A stretch of DNA of 64,000 nt, taken from assembly GCF_041956535.1 (NCBI RefSeq), contig NW_027192198.1:901834-965833 (forward strand), read 5' to 3'. The notes beneath the pieces are model-generated. The model saw only the letters and a list, made by a program, of their open reading frames with translations, was not told where the DNA came from and did no database searches. Shown in pieces: positions 1 to 12,284 of this stretch. Source of the stretch: Calcarisporiella thermophila CBS 279.70 (lineage: Eukaryota > Fungi > Calcarisporiellomycota). Position 1 is the stretch's first letter. Every line of letters starts with the position of its first letter. Position numbers and translations under genes: made by a program.

Positions 1-1350
1 TCTCAAAGTACTCGGGCAAGTCTTTTAATGCGTCTGTCATTATTTTCCAGTGATCTCGCTTGAGGAGGATAACAGCACCCTTTGGAAGAACTAAAGACAA
101 GATCAAAATGAAATTTCCATAGCGAATCCTTCAGGATTTTGTATTTCCATTGGCCAGGGGGAAAATTAGGCTCATTGGTATAGTGCGAGGGGGTTCTGCG
201 GTAGCCTGCCCATTCAAACCATTTCAAGCCAAGCTTAGGATGCGAGCCCAAGCCTTAAGGCCTCACACCTGGTGCTCATTTACTCCCCTCTATGAAAAGT
301 TTCCCCATCTTAAAAAAAGTCGAGAGAAAGATCAATCCCTCCACCCCCTCCTCCGTATCCCTTCCCGGTATCGGCTCGGAATAAAACGACAAATCCCCCA
401 GGTCTGACATTGATTGCTGCGACGTAATTCAACAAACAAGAGCCTCCATGTCGTCCCTGGGTGGATCAGGATTGGGTTGGAACTAGGGCCTTCGGCCAAC
501 TGGGGTCTTCTCGCTTGAAAAAGTAGATATCAAAAATAAAAGGAGGGTGAGTCTCAGATATATAATTCATACGCGATTTTTAGATGCACACCCTCATCCG
601 CGACCAATATTTGTCGGGGAATACTCCGGGCTTGAATCCCTAAAGTCGATTTTTAATGACTAAAGTAATTCCGAAGCGTACCAGGGACTTTAAAAATAGA
701 AGCCGGTATAGTGACGTCACCCCTCCTCCGAACAAATTAAAGCCGACAGCGGCAATAAGGCTCTCCAACCTCACCTTCATCCCTGTGTCCAGAGTGAACA
801 GGAGCGTGCACTTGCCGAGAGGGAGGCGCTGCATAATCTTGGCGCGCAAGTCATTGTGAATGAGAACGTGAATACGCGCCATTGTACGACGGCCAAGATG
901 GCGCTAATAAAAATAGAGGTGGATAATAAATAGACAACTAAAATAAAATGAGCTGGTGGAACTGTCAGCAATATAGAGTAATAGTGGCAAGACTCTCCCC
1001 CCCTAATGATGCATCCTCCTTCTCTGTTTGCATGAGGCTTGCCCAATCACCAACTTCGGTTTCCGGCTCATGGATGTGATCGATTGCTCCGCTTCTCTCG
1101 GGTCCTTTTGAAGCTCGGTATTTTCTGTCAATTTTGCTGATTGATATCCGGTATTCGAAAGGCTGAGTAAAGCTTTTTATCTTGTGTTTACCCGTGTAAC
1201 GGGGACTGCTCCGAAGGTTTATTTTATCACTACTACCCTCTCGTCGTGCCGTCCATGTTTTCTCCTCTTCATTTCTCTTTCTTCTCCCAACCCCTTGTTC
1301 CCAGTCTCCTCGACCTGTTACTCTGAACAGAGTCGCCCCATGGTAGTGGC

Positions 1351-3740
1351 ATGAAATACTCCACACTCTTGCTCTTTTCCCTTGCTTTTCTGCTCTACTT
1401 GTCCGCCCTGGCCACCGCTCTTCCTACACTAAGGAAGCGCCAAACCGAAGGCGAAGAGTCTCCTTCGACCAGCAGCGACGAGAGCACAGAAGATGACTCC
1501 AAGACATCGTCCAATACCACCACTGCAACCACCCCAAAATCCTCGTCGCCCCCCGTCTCCACCGCCCCACCCTCCGTCCTAGATCCCATGCTTGCTCAGG
1601 TGCCCGTGCCGAAGCGCGTCGACACCGCAAGTGAAGAATACTCAAAGTTGCTCAGCCACTCTTTGCTTTTTTACGAGGCGCAACGAAGCGGGAAACTCCC
1701 TGAAGATAACCGCGTGAAATGGTAAGGCTTGGGAAATTCGGCAAAGATTAAAGAGAGGCTGAGTGCTACATATACCAACCCTCATCTGTATAACCTGTTC
1801 TCGCTCATAGGCGCCACGATTCGGGGCTGCAGGATGGCGCAGACAACAAAGTGGACCTCATGGGGGGATATTATGATGCAGGCGACTGTAAGCGTGCATG
1901 AGCGAGTAGCTAGGGCATGGCAGCACACTCATTCTATACTTTTATGTGTCTTGTTAGATGTGAAGGTGACCCTTCCGCTCTCCTTCGCCCTCAACCTGAT
2001 CAACTGGGGTGCGCTGGAATACTTTGACGGCTATGTGTTTGCTAACCAGACGAAATACCTGCGCGAGATGGTCAAGTGGGGGACCGACTGGCTAATCAAG
2101 GCCCACCCTCTTCCGAATGTGCTCTACGTGCAAATTGGGCAGGGGAAGGTGGACAACAACTATTGGGGTAAGCAAGTGAGAGTGGTGTGGTCCACTAAGT
2201 GCAGATTTTTCATGGAGCCTCTCCTGATATAGGACCGGACACCAACATCCCCTCGCCTCGGTTTTCCTTCAGGATCGACATCAACCATACCGGAACAGAT
2301 GTCGCGGCCGAAACCGCAGCCGCGTTCGCCTCCTCCTCGTTGCTCTTTCGACAGCTCTCGCGCTACTCGCAGAACAGCGAAGATTTTGCCTACGCTGACC
2401 AACTCCTCAAGCACGCTATCGAACTCTACCAATTCGCACAAAATTCCAAGCCCTACAATGTTTACCAAAAGTCGGTCCAAGAGGCAAAGCTGCTCTATCC
2501 CAGCTCAGGCTACTGGGACGAGCTAGCCTGGGCTAGCGTGTGGCTCTACCGAGCTACGAGCGAAGAGGTCTACCTGGAGACGGCAAAAACGCTTGCATCG
2601 GAGCATCAAAAGGACCTGATGACGACGGAATATCCGGTGGATTGGGACAACAAGGCTGGTGCTTTTCTGGTGTTGGCATCCGCCGTGACTTCTGGGTATT
2701 GCCCGGGAGGCGCAGATTGGGAGCCTCTGCCTGCCAAGCCGGAGATGTTTGCCGCATGGCGTGCAAGCGCGGAGACTTACCTCGACAAGGTGGTCGACAC
2801 ACAACTTGGGGGCTCGATGACTCCCGGAGGGCTCGTGTGGTTTGAGGGGACCAGCAATAACAACAGCCTGGTGGCCTCTCAAAATGCCGCGTTCCTCCTC
2901 CACGCATACAGCTCCTCGGTTCTGCGAGCGATGCCGGAGGGCAAGGATCAGTCTCAACAGCTGGCCATGCGCGCAGCCAAATACGAGAGCTTCGCCCTCA
3001 AGCAGATCGACTATCTGCTTGGGAAGAACCCACTGCATAAGCTTTATGTGGTCGGCGAACACTACAACTCGGTGGACAATCCGCATCATGCCGGCGCTCA
3101 CGGAGGGAACGATATAACCAATCTAATGAACCCACCCAATACGGCACATGTGCTGTATGGAGCGGTGGTGGGTGGACCGGAAAAGGATGATTCCTTCACG
3201 GACGACCGACGCCGTTGGGGGGAGACCGAGGTACTCTCGACTTTTCATGGGCAATGGATGAATGGACCCCATTGGATACTAACCCAGTTCCCTTTCCTTT
3301 AGGTCAGTCTTGACTACAATGCTCCCTATCAGTCGAACATTGCCCGCATGGTTATGTATGGGTCAGATCCCTTCTATATTACCAACACCATCCCTCCCGT
3401 CTCTCCAGACCAACCCTCCGACACTTGGATCCAAAGAAATCTGGGCTGGATTATTGGTGTTCCTGTTGCGGTAGTGGTCCTCTTGGCGAGTGGCATCGGG
3501 CTGTTGTTGTGGCAGAGGCGCCGCAAAACAAGTAGAGAGACACGGGTGCAAGAGTTTGCAGCCAAGGTCGACGATACAGTCGTGGAGATTCTCCCTGAAT
3601 CGTCTGAACCGACGAGCTCGCGAGACACCTCCAAAATCTCTTTTGGTATGCGCCCCGAGCACCAGGATTCCGAGAATGCCGACCTGAGCACGGGATCGGA
3701 GGCGGAGACGTTGCAAGAAGAGACTACTGCTCCACGATAA
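1351..3740 (+). CDS. Glycoside hydrolase family 9 endoglucanase with signal peptide and C-terminal TM anchor (5 exons: ~1351-1721, 1811-1887, 1958-2167, 2233-3230, 3303-3740)
   Basis: Spliced translation gives LLFYEAQRSGKLP, WRHDSGLQDG..DLMGGYYDAGD, VKWGTDWLIKAH, YWDELAWA, PHHAGA, GAVVGGP and ETEVSLDYNA (GH9 catalytic motifs); hydrophobic LGWIIGVPVAVVVLLASGIGLLLW followed by RRRK. Confidence 0.93.
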
Positions 3741-4394
3741 ACTCTGAAATTGTATAAGTTTCACGCCAGTTTATATCCTCCACCCCTCATAGACGTGCAT
3801 TGCATATCCTTGTGTATGACTATTTATACCTCCTTTATATATATTTACATATATTTGCTCTTCTTTATTTCATTCCACTTTTTCTTTATTTATAATCAGT
3901 TACCTCTAATTTATGCATGAAGTAATACAGTTCTTTAAATTCTACTTCCTTTATCCCCTCTTGGTTGGCCCTTGCTCTGCGCCTCTTCTCCATCCCGTGT
4001 GTATATTGACATCCTGCCAAGACCAACATGGCTTTTGCTTCGCACAGTCACATCATTACCTTTCTTTGCTCGGATGATATGGAGGCTGCCATTAAAGTTA
4101 AAGATACAAAGAGATAGTTTACAATGGGACATATATACCTCTAGGTTTTGGAAGCGCCCTCTACGGAGTATGGAGGAGAACCGTCCTTGGTAGCAATGCG
4201 TTTGAGGAGAAAGTGAAATCTTGGGACAAACTGCGTTTTCTTGCTTTGCTTCAAGCTATCCCGAATTTTTCCTAGAGTATTTCACAGCGGATATCCCAGA
4301 GCGCCGAGACGATTTTGAAAACACGGAGTGAAGCATTTCTGTTTTCTTTTAGTTGAAGCCTTTCCCTAGCATTTCTACAACCCTTGATTGGAAA

Positions 4395-4921
4395 ATGGAT
4401 TCGACTCTCGCCGAGGTAGCCAAGAACTGCGCAATGCAGTTGCAAGTGTACCAGGATTGTGTTAATCGCAACCCGAAAAACTGGGAATCAGCTTGTATAC
4501 AGCAGAAAAAGGCATTGACGAAGTGCTCGGAGGATCAGTAAGTAATTCTCCAGTAGATGTTGAAAAAGAAAGAATAAAAGGCTATTTGAAGTGAATGCGG
4601 AAGTCAACAAAGCGATGTTACTTGCATGGGCGAACTGAGCGAACATGCAAGGGCACTCGTAGCCCCAACTGGTGTCTCAATGTCTCTCAATGTCTCTTGA
4701 ATCTAACTGTTTCCCTCTACCCATTCTTTAGTGTTCCGGTGTTAAAATTCGTAAAGTCTCGCTGTTCTGCTCAAATCTCAGGTTACGACACCTGTCTGTC
4801 CGAGAACGCATCCGAACCAGAAAAGTGCATCGACGCTCTAAAGGAACTCTACTTTTGCACAGAAGCGGCCTCCGCAGCATTCAAGATGGAGGAGCAGAAG
4901 AAAGAGACCGAGAAGGACTGA
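4395..4921 (+). CDS. MIX14: Mitochondrial intermembrane-space twin Cx9C protein (Mix14/CHCHD5-like), 2 exons (4395-4537, 4732-4921)
   Basis: Four Cx9C motifs (CAMQLQVYQDC, CIQQKKALTKC, CSAQISGYDTC, CIDALKELYFC); GT-AG intron restores the frame. Confidence 0.8.
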
Positions 4922-5631
4922 TGGAGCGGGACAAAGGGACCCTAGTAGAAGTGAGACTATGAGGGAGAGGCCTTGCGATCATAGAGAATATTCCTTTTAT
5001 ATTTTTATATTATTGCCATATATGAGTGTATATTTTCTTCTTTATCTACCACCTCTAGAGGAATAGAACTGGTTTATACTTTCTCTTTATTTCATTTTTT
5101 TTTTCTTCTCACTTTTGCTTCCCTCAATAATCACATTTTTTTCTGAAAAGACACTGTTCATTTCTTCCAAGCACGATGCCCTAAATATTCGAGTAAAGGC
5201 ACAAATGCAACAATGCAAGTGCTCTGGTCCTGTTGAAGGTGTCGAGAGACACAAGCCTCATGTCGTCTGAGAGTACAATATGTGTGAATTCAAAGTGCCA
5301 GGATCTCCAGGGGCAGACGGGATACAGGAGCTGAAGCGGCAATAGTAACTAACTAACACAGTAATGGGAGAGCTAACGGCAGGTGCAGCCAACGCTCGTT
5401 TTCATTCCCTTTTAGGGACTACCAATTGACCTGTGACTAACAGGAAGGTTGTACAGTTTTATTTACATAGTTACTTGCTTCACCCTCTCTCCTCGCCATT
5501 TCTCTCTGCTCGGCATTAGAGCGCAAAACCCTATTGAGAAGGCAGTCACGGAATCCTTGTGTGCTTTTCCTTCTAGGAGAGACCCGCCTTTTCTCCTCAC
5601 ACCAGGCCAGGTTCAATCAACACCCCTTGAG

Positions 5632-6786
5632 ATGATAGATGCATACAACATATTTGCATCAAGTTGCGCGGCTGTTGTGGCAAGAGTTCTGACCCATCCT
5701 TGTGAGTCTGAATGCTATCATTCTGAAGTTGTTTGCCCCATTTCTCCCTGTTAACGAAGCTTACTTCTGGTGTGGCCCATTCATGCCCCGCTCCTCCTCA
5801 TAGTGGACACGCTCAAAACTCGGCTCCAAATCTCGGATCAGCCCCAGACCTCCATCCTCCAGTTTGCTCTCCGCCTCTCGCGCGAAGACCCTCGGCATCC
5901 ATGGCGACCATTCTACCGCGGGCTGCCCGTCGCCGTTGCATTCGGAGTCCCTGCCCTCAGCATCTATCTTGCCACGTATGACCAGGCGAAAAGCTTCCTA
6001 CCGCAGGTGGGGGGAGAGGGTCTGGAGCGAGAGACGGTGGTGAATCATTTGTTGGCGGGCGCTTGTGCGGAGTGTGTCAGTGGGCTGGTGTGGACGCCCA
6101 TGGAGGTCATGAAGAACCGCCTGCAAGCGGGGGGCGACGCAAGGGCTGGCGAGGAGCTGACGCGCGAGTCCACCCGACGCCTGGCGGGTGAAATCTGGCA
6201 GAAGGAGGGGGTACGAGGCTTTTTCCGGGGATACTGGCTCTCGTTGGCCGTCTTCGTGCCCTACACGATGCTCTACTTTGCGCTGTACGAGGAGCTGAAG
6301 CGGGTGGCGCGGCTGCACTATGCCTCCCCCGCCCCCGCCCCCGCCCCGACCGCCTTGCCTGATGAGGCGCAGGCGCTTCCGTTTCACATGTATCTCGCCT
6401 GCTCGGCGGTCTCCTGCGCCTTTGCGTCCTCGGTGTCCAACGTCCTCGACGTGGTCAAAACACGCTGGCAGGTCATGACCTCCAGTCACACCTCAAGCTA
6501 TTCACCGCTTCCCCTCGAGCTCCATTCCACTCCCGACTCCGGCTCGCCCCCCGCCACCCCCTCTGGCCATGGTCGTCCGGAAGAGGGCCGAACGGTGCGA
6601 GAGGTCGTGGTTCGCATGTGGAGGCAGGAGGGCTGGCGGGGCTTCACCCGCGGAATGCTGGTGCGTGCTCTGTGGATGGTGCCAAGCGTGACGGTGAGCA
6701 TGACGTGCTTTGAGATGCTGAAGAACCACCGGGTAGATGTGCTGGGGATGGCTGGCATGACCTCCGCCGCGAAAGAGAGTATTTGA
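5632..6786 (+). CDS. Mitochondrial carrier family (SLC25) protein, 2 exons (5632-5701, 5804-6786)
   Basis: Three carrier signatures PLDTLKTRLQ, PMEVMKNRLQ and VLDVVKTRWQ, plus EGVRGFFRG/EGWRGFTRG; substrate not assignable by eye. Confidence 0.92.
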
Positions 6787-7366
6787 TGATTTTGTTTTCG
6801 CCCGTCCTCGCCTTCTCTCGCCTCGTATACCTCCGCTATGATCGGCGAAAGCGCCGCCTGCCGACGTTTATTGATGTGTGCTCTGTGTTTATCCGTTTCT
6901 CTGATACACCCTCTCTCTTTCTCTCTGTCTGTCTGTCTGTCTGTCAATATATATTTATATAGATATGTAGAAGATTATTATTGGGTTTAAAGTATAAACG
7001 AAACCGACGTCAACAATACCAATTACGGAGGGGAAAAAAAGTGGGACAGATAATAATAATAACAACGAAGAAAAAGAAATAGGCTACGAAAAAAAAAGAG
7101 TAAGAAATAGAAGAAGAAGGTATTTAAAATGGAACACTATATTCACATTAAAGTGAGAAGGAGGAGGGGGGGGGGGGGAAATCGCTATACATAAGATCGT
7201 CGAAAGAAAGCGAGCCGGAGCGAGGGGATGAAAGGGGAAACGACCCTCATGGTGGGGGAGAGGGAAACAAAAGAAGGCGGGGAAAGAAATAGTGATAAAG
7301 TACATCAAGAGAAACTGCATACAAAATAGACGGCTGGTAGTACAGAAAGTACAGAAAGTCGGCGGG

Positions 7367-8471
7367 CTATTCCGACCAAACGACCTGATACACCTGGCCC
7401 CCGAAGTGGATGGTGCGGGGCAGGAGGGTGCACGGCCGGAACGGGCGCTCGCCCGTGTCCTGGGAGAGCCGCTGCAGCAGCACGGAGGCCATGAGGGTGT
7501 CGCGCAGATCGTCGGGCAGGGCGGACGGGTAGGGGGAGAAGCCGCCCACGTACTTGGCGGTCGGCACGAAGGCAACGGGGGCGTCGCTGTGCTTGAGGAG
7601 GGCGGGCGCGGGCCGGTGGTCGGCGAGGTAGGGCTGGTCGTCGTGGCCAAGCGAGGAGTTGGAGGAGGAGGAGACGGACGAGGAGGAGAAGGAGCGGGAG
7701 CGCGGTTCGGAGAGCAGCGGCGGGGAGGCGGAGGAGAGGGCGTCGTGGTCGTTGAGCAGGATCTCCATGCCGCGAGGGGAGCTGGACTTGCGCCGCTTGG
7801 CGGGCGGGGGCGGCGACAGCACGGCCGGCGCGAAGCCCGCGGGGTCCGCGATCCCGGTCCCGCTGTCCACCCGTTCCATGCCGGCGTCGCTTCTTCTTCG
7901 GCGCTTTCCGCGCAGGGGCGCGCCGCCGTCCAACAGCAGGCTCCCGTAGCCCGGCTGCGAGGGCAGCAGGCATTCGTCGGGGAAGCCGGGGCCGAAGAGC
8001 GGGACGAGCTGGTGCCGGAGGGGGAAGCAGGTGCGGCGGGCCAGGATCCGCGCCTCGTCGCGCGAAATCCAGGTGCCCTGGATCTTGAGCAGGCCGCCGC
8101 GGATCTTCTTGACGTGGAGGGCGGGATTGGCATCGACCATCTTCACAATGTCGGATTTCGAGCGGCCCAGCGCCTTCCATATTCCGGTGAAGTGGACATC
8201 CCCTATCGGCGCAAGGCTTCCGTCAGAATCATCCACACCAGCCATCATCCCCGAAGCAGCACCTACCTGTCTCGCGGTCCCACATGATCGGGTGATCATC
8301 GACGGAGTACTCGTAGACGGGGATGTAGCCTCGGGAGTCGAGCGACGTCGAGTATTTTGCGCGCTTGACCCGGCCAACCTTGAGCGGCCGGGAGTCCGGG
8401 GGCGGTGCGAACGGGAAGGGGGCGAAGGGCGAGGCGGAGTCTGGGTCCGCGGGATGTGAGCCTCGGAGCAT
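7367..8471 (-). CDS. APSES/KilA-N DNA-binding transcription factor (Xbp1-like), intron 8203-8266
   Basis: Spliced IMWDRETGDVHFTGIWKALG...KKIRGGLLKIQGTWIS...LVPLFGPGFP, followed by a low-complexity S/P tail. Confidence 0.88.
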
Positions 8472-11400
8472 GGTGATGGCGAGGAGTGGGGGGGGGGGGC
8501 TCCACCAGAGCGGGGGATTGTGGGTAGATGGGGAGGGTCGAGGAGCGAGGAATGGCGCAATGCCCAAGGCTGGAGAGAAAGCTGGGAGAGCGGAAGGAAA
8601 GCGGAAAGCGGGAGAAAAAAAAAAAAGAGAAATATGGTTTTTTTTAGCGAAATTGTGGCAATCCAACCACCTCGCACAGTCTTAGAAAGTAATAGGCTGG
8701 GCGGGCGCGGGAGGGGGCGGGTCGAGCGCGGAAGTCACGCGAAACACCCCGGCCAAGCGAGGGAAATCGTCGGGTGGAGGGGGCGGGTGGAGCCGATCTG
8801 GAAGCGTCCCACCCTCAAACAAGCAGCGTGCGCCCGCGAAAACAAGGGCGGCGGAAAACAAGCGCGAGGGCGAGGCCTGCGGGAGGGCGCAGAGCAAGAG
8901 AAGGGGGTCAGCGAAAGGGGAATCTCAGCATCGGGCCTTGAAGCCTCGAGCCAGAAAGCACCGCACCAGCGGCTGCTTTTCCTGGAACCCATCTAACCTT
9001 AGAAATCCGAATTTTCCCTGGATTGCCGAGAAATCGAAGCTCGATGGTGTTCGTGGCACTTTGTGAAATGCCCAAAGGCGGAGTGCCAAGTTTGAGGTTT
9101 GTGGCAAAAACCGGCTGAGACGCGAGCGAGCGAGAGCTCAGGAGGGGGCAGGGGGGCACCGCTCGAAAAGAGACCAGAACACGCGCGGGCGGCGACGAAG
9201 GGGGCGGCGGGCAGGAGAGAGAGAAGAGTGGGAGAAAGGGGAGAAAGGCCGCCGCGCGGTGTCTTTTATGAAATATTTGGTGCGATTTGGTAAGCGAGTC
9301 ATTTGCGGGCGATTTTCCGCGGGTTTGGGCATTGAGGGGCGGATGGCCTCAGGCGATGGAGCATGCCCACGCGACGCCGGCTCCCTCATTGCTCCCATAA
9401 TGCCCATCTCCCTTTTGGAGGTTTATTAATTTCTCTGGGATCAGAGCCGGCCGATCCTTCCCCGTTTTGCGCCCCTGCCTGCTCACCAGGAACGAGCGGA
9501 AATGCCTCTCGGCCTCTTTCGTGGGCCCCCGGGGCATGCATTCCTCGCCCGCCCATCCCTCACGCCTGGCGAAAATCGGCCCAGATGCGAAGCAGGATCA
9601 GGCGGCCAAGTATGCGGCCGCGCTCCCCCCCTCCCCCTCCCCTCCTCCTCCTCTGGCAATCCATGCACCTCCGTCTGCAGCAGATGGGTTGCTCGCAAGC
9701 TGATGCGGCCATCGTCCCTGGCGAAACGCCGGGTTGCGAGGGCCGCGGATGCGCTTGTGGGCCGAACAAACGAGGTTAAACACCGCTTGTGCTCGCCCCG
9801 AGATCTTGCGACTGTTCGAGTGCATCCGGCAATATGGCCTTTTTGTTCTTAGCGCAAGTCCAAACTCCGCCGCCAATTCCTTGGAAAATGTGCGGACGCG
9901 GTTTTGGATCAGTGTTCGAAAATGTCTTTTCGATTCCTCAAACCCTCCGACCGATCTCCCTCCCTCCCCCTTCCTCGGCTAATTGAGATGCCTCTATTTC
10001 TCGATGTGGGCCAATGCATCGCGTACAACTGCATGTCCAAACCCCCGCATCTCCTAATGAACCCCCCCCCCCATTCGGATCCCCCTAGGATGGCTTGCAT
10101 GTTTTAATAGATTCGGCTTGCCAGCTGCAAATGGATGGCTTTTTGGCGCCTCCAGTGGGTATGGATCCCGCAAAGCCCTCGGCCCTCCTGTCCCTAAAAC
10201 AAAGGAGAAGGGGGGGCAATCCAGGTCGAGATTATCTCGACGAGGCGTAGCTTGCCTCCTTAATTTCTTCTCCTGCTCCCATTCAAGCCTCGCCTCTATT
10301 TTTTATTTTACCGAAAAACCGAGACTGAAAATATCTTCCTTTCACCGCCTTCACCGCTCAAGTGGCAGGGCGGCTGACAAGGCACAGACCGAAGACCTCT
10401 CTTTTCTCGCAAGTACAGGACACAGATCGCAAACAGGCCCTGCCAAACATCCAACATATGCGAATAGCAAAACAAGAATGAAGTTTTGAAACCTTGAGCG
10501 GGAATCCGTGTAGATCACAGCTTTGACCGGCTCAAGAGGCACTCTTTCGTGGTTGTCTTGTCTGCGCCAGCTCGACAAACATCGGATTGACCTCCCCCTA
10601 CCTGGGCCACCTCCTCCTTCTCTTAGCAGCCAAGCTCGAAGCCTTCCATTTCTCCGTCAGCCCAGTATGAACGGGATAGCACCGGTCCGAAAGGGAGGTC
10701 TGGAGGGCCTCCCCCCCATCGTCGCAGAGGTACGCAAAACCAATCCATCTCTCCCCTTGGGAACTCTCGCGGAGCAGTTCAAACCAGGAACGCCTGTACC
10801 ATAGCTAGGCCTATAGCGGTTAATATTTCAAATAGGAATGGTAGGAGGGTCGGTGTAGAAGGCCAATCCGCCCGCCTCTTTTTGCTCTGCATGAGCCCTA
10901 GTAGGCAGCCGTGCTCCCTCTCCTATCATGGGCCTGCTAGCCGTAAACAGAGAGCGCCATGGAGGTCCGGGTTAGGTTAGAAAGACAGGGCCTTGAAGAT
11001 GCTTTGTATCCTCGATGCATGCCCGTCTCGAGGGCTGGAGTGGATCCAATGCGCTGAGCCACCTCGATTGGGAAATTCCCTGAGAAGAGGCAATTAAGTA
11101 AGCCAGATCAGGCTTCTGTGGCTTGGAAGGAAATTGTTCCAATCTGGGGGGGATCTGCATGATGAGGAGCGGCATTTCGGAAGGCTTTCCGCTGCTTCCG
11201 GAATGCAGGATTTTTCACTGAATTGGATGCAAAAAAAAAAGAGATTGGTTGAGCATCAACGAATGCTGATTCCTCTACATGAACCCAGCCAAATAAACAA
11301 TGGTCCCCTCCAAATTCAACCTGGTCCCGTTAGTCACTTGATATAGTAGAGTACGTTGTGCAAACATTCGTTCACGTTATCGACATGCCGTGAGAAGATC

Positions 11401-12026
11401 CTCTTCGGACAAGCAAAACAATTGCACTTCTCTTCAGGGAAAGAAGCGGCTGAGAATGCCCTATAGTAGGCAGAGATCATGTGGATTCTCAGGGGAGATG
11501 TGCGTCGAAACAGGACGGTTTCAAGTCCGCAACGGTGATGAAGGCGGCCATCACTCGCTTCGAAAAAAAACTCGAGTAAGTTCTCTTTGAATTTCTAGTT
11601 TTCTTGCATCTGTTCTTCCCCACTCTATATGTAGATGCACTTCAGCTTTCTGCGTGAATTTCGTGACGCTAAGGAACTGGAGGGTAAAAAACGAATTCTC
11701 TACAAAATACAGGGGAACTGGAAAATTATTCTACTCGGATATCCTAGAGGTAAGCAGGGCATGTGGAGAGGTCTTCCTTGCTCACATGAGATGGGAGCGG
11801 CAGAACCCCTAAAGAAATAGACCAGCTCACGTTATAGGCGGGTGCATGTTTGTGAAATTCTTCAGCATGGTGGATGCAGAAAGATAGCAGAAATTGCAGA
11901 GCCAGGGCTAATACCGCATCGGTCGACTGATTCTGCGCACCTTGTTCTATGCAAGAGGATGCGCTGTAATCAAATATTACGACTAGGTCCTGGGGGTAGG
12001 AACCCGGCTCTTTAGCTCTCTGCTGC

Positions 12027-12032
12027 TATAAA
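12027..12032 (+). promoter_or_regulatory. TATA box of the secreted knottin gene
   Basis: TATAAA about 80 bp upstream of ATG 12108. Confidence 0.5.
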
Positions 12033-12107
12033 TACCCATCGTCATTCCTGGGATTGCCGTTTATTCTTCATCCTACTTCTTCAGTTTATCAATTCATCGT
12101 AGCCCTC

Positions 12108-12284
12108 ATGGCCAAAGCAATCGGATTGACCCTCTTACTCACTCTCTTTGTCATTTTTCAAATGACCAATGCCCACGCTATCCCTAAGTGTCAACCGCAA
12201 CTCGGAAAATGCAAGGAAGATACCGACTGTTGCATTGGCCATTGTATCCTCAAGGGTACAGCTGGATTATGCCAGCCCCTTTAA
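12108..12284 (+). CDS. Secreted 58-aa cysteine-rich peptide with inhibitor-cystine-knot (knottin) spacing
   Basis: Signal peptide ending in AHA; mature IPKCQPQLGKCKEDTDCCIGHCILKGTAGLCQPL = C-x6-C-x5-CC-x3-C-x8-C; upstream TATA and downstream AATAAA (~12439). Confidence 0.8.
   Translation: MAKAIGLTLLLTLFVIFQMTNAHAIPKCQPQLGKCKEDTDCCIGHCILKGTAGLCQPL

Noticed and set aside
711-720. Palindromic CRE-like site GTGACGTCAC upstream of GH9
   Set aside because: Single motif without conservation or expression evidence
7084-10107. Many long overlapping ORFs on both strands
   Set aside because: By-product of very high GC (few stop codons); only the spliced APSES frame has recognisable motifs
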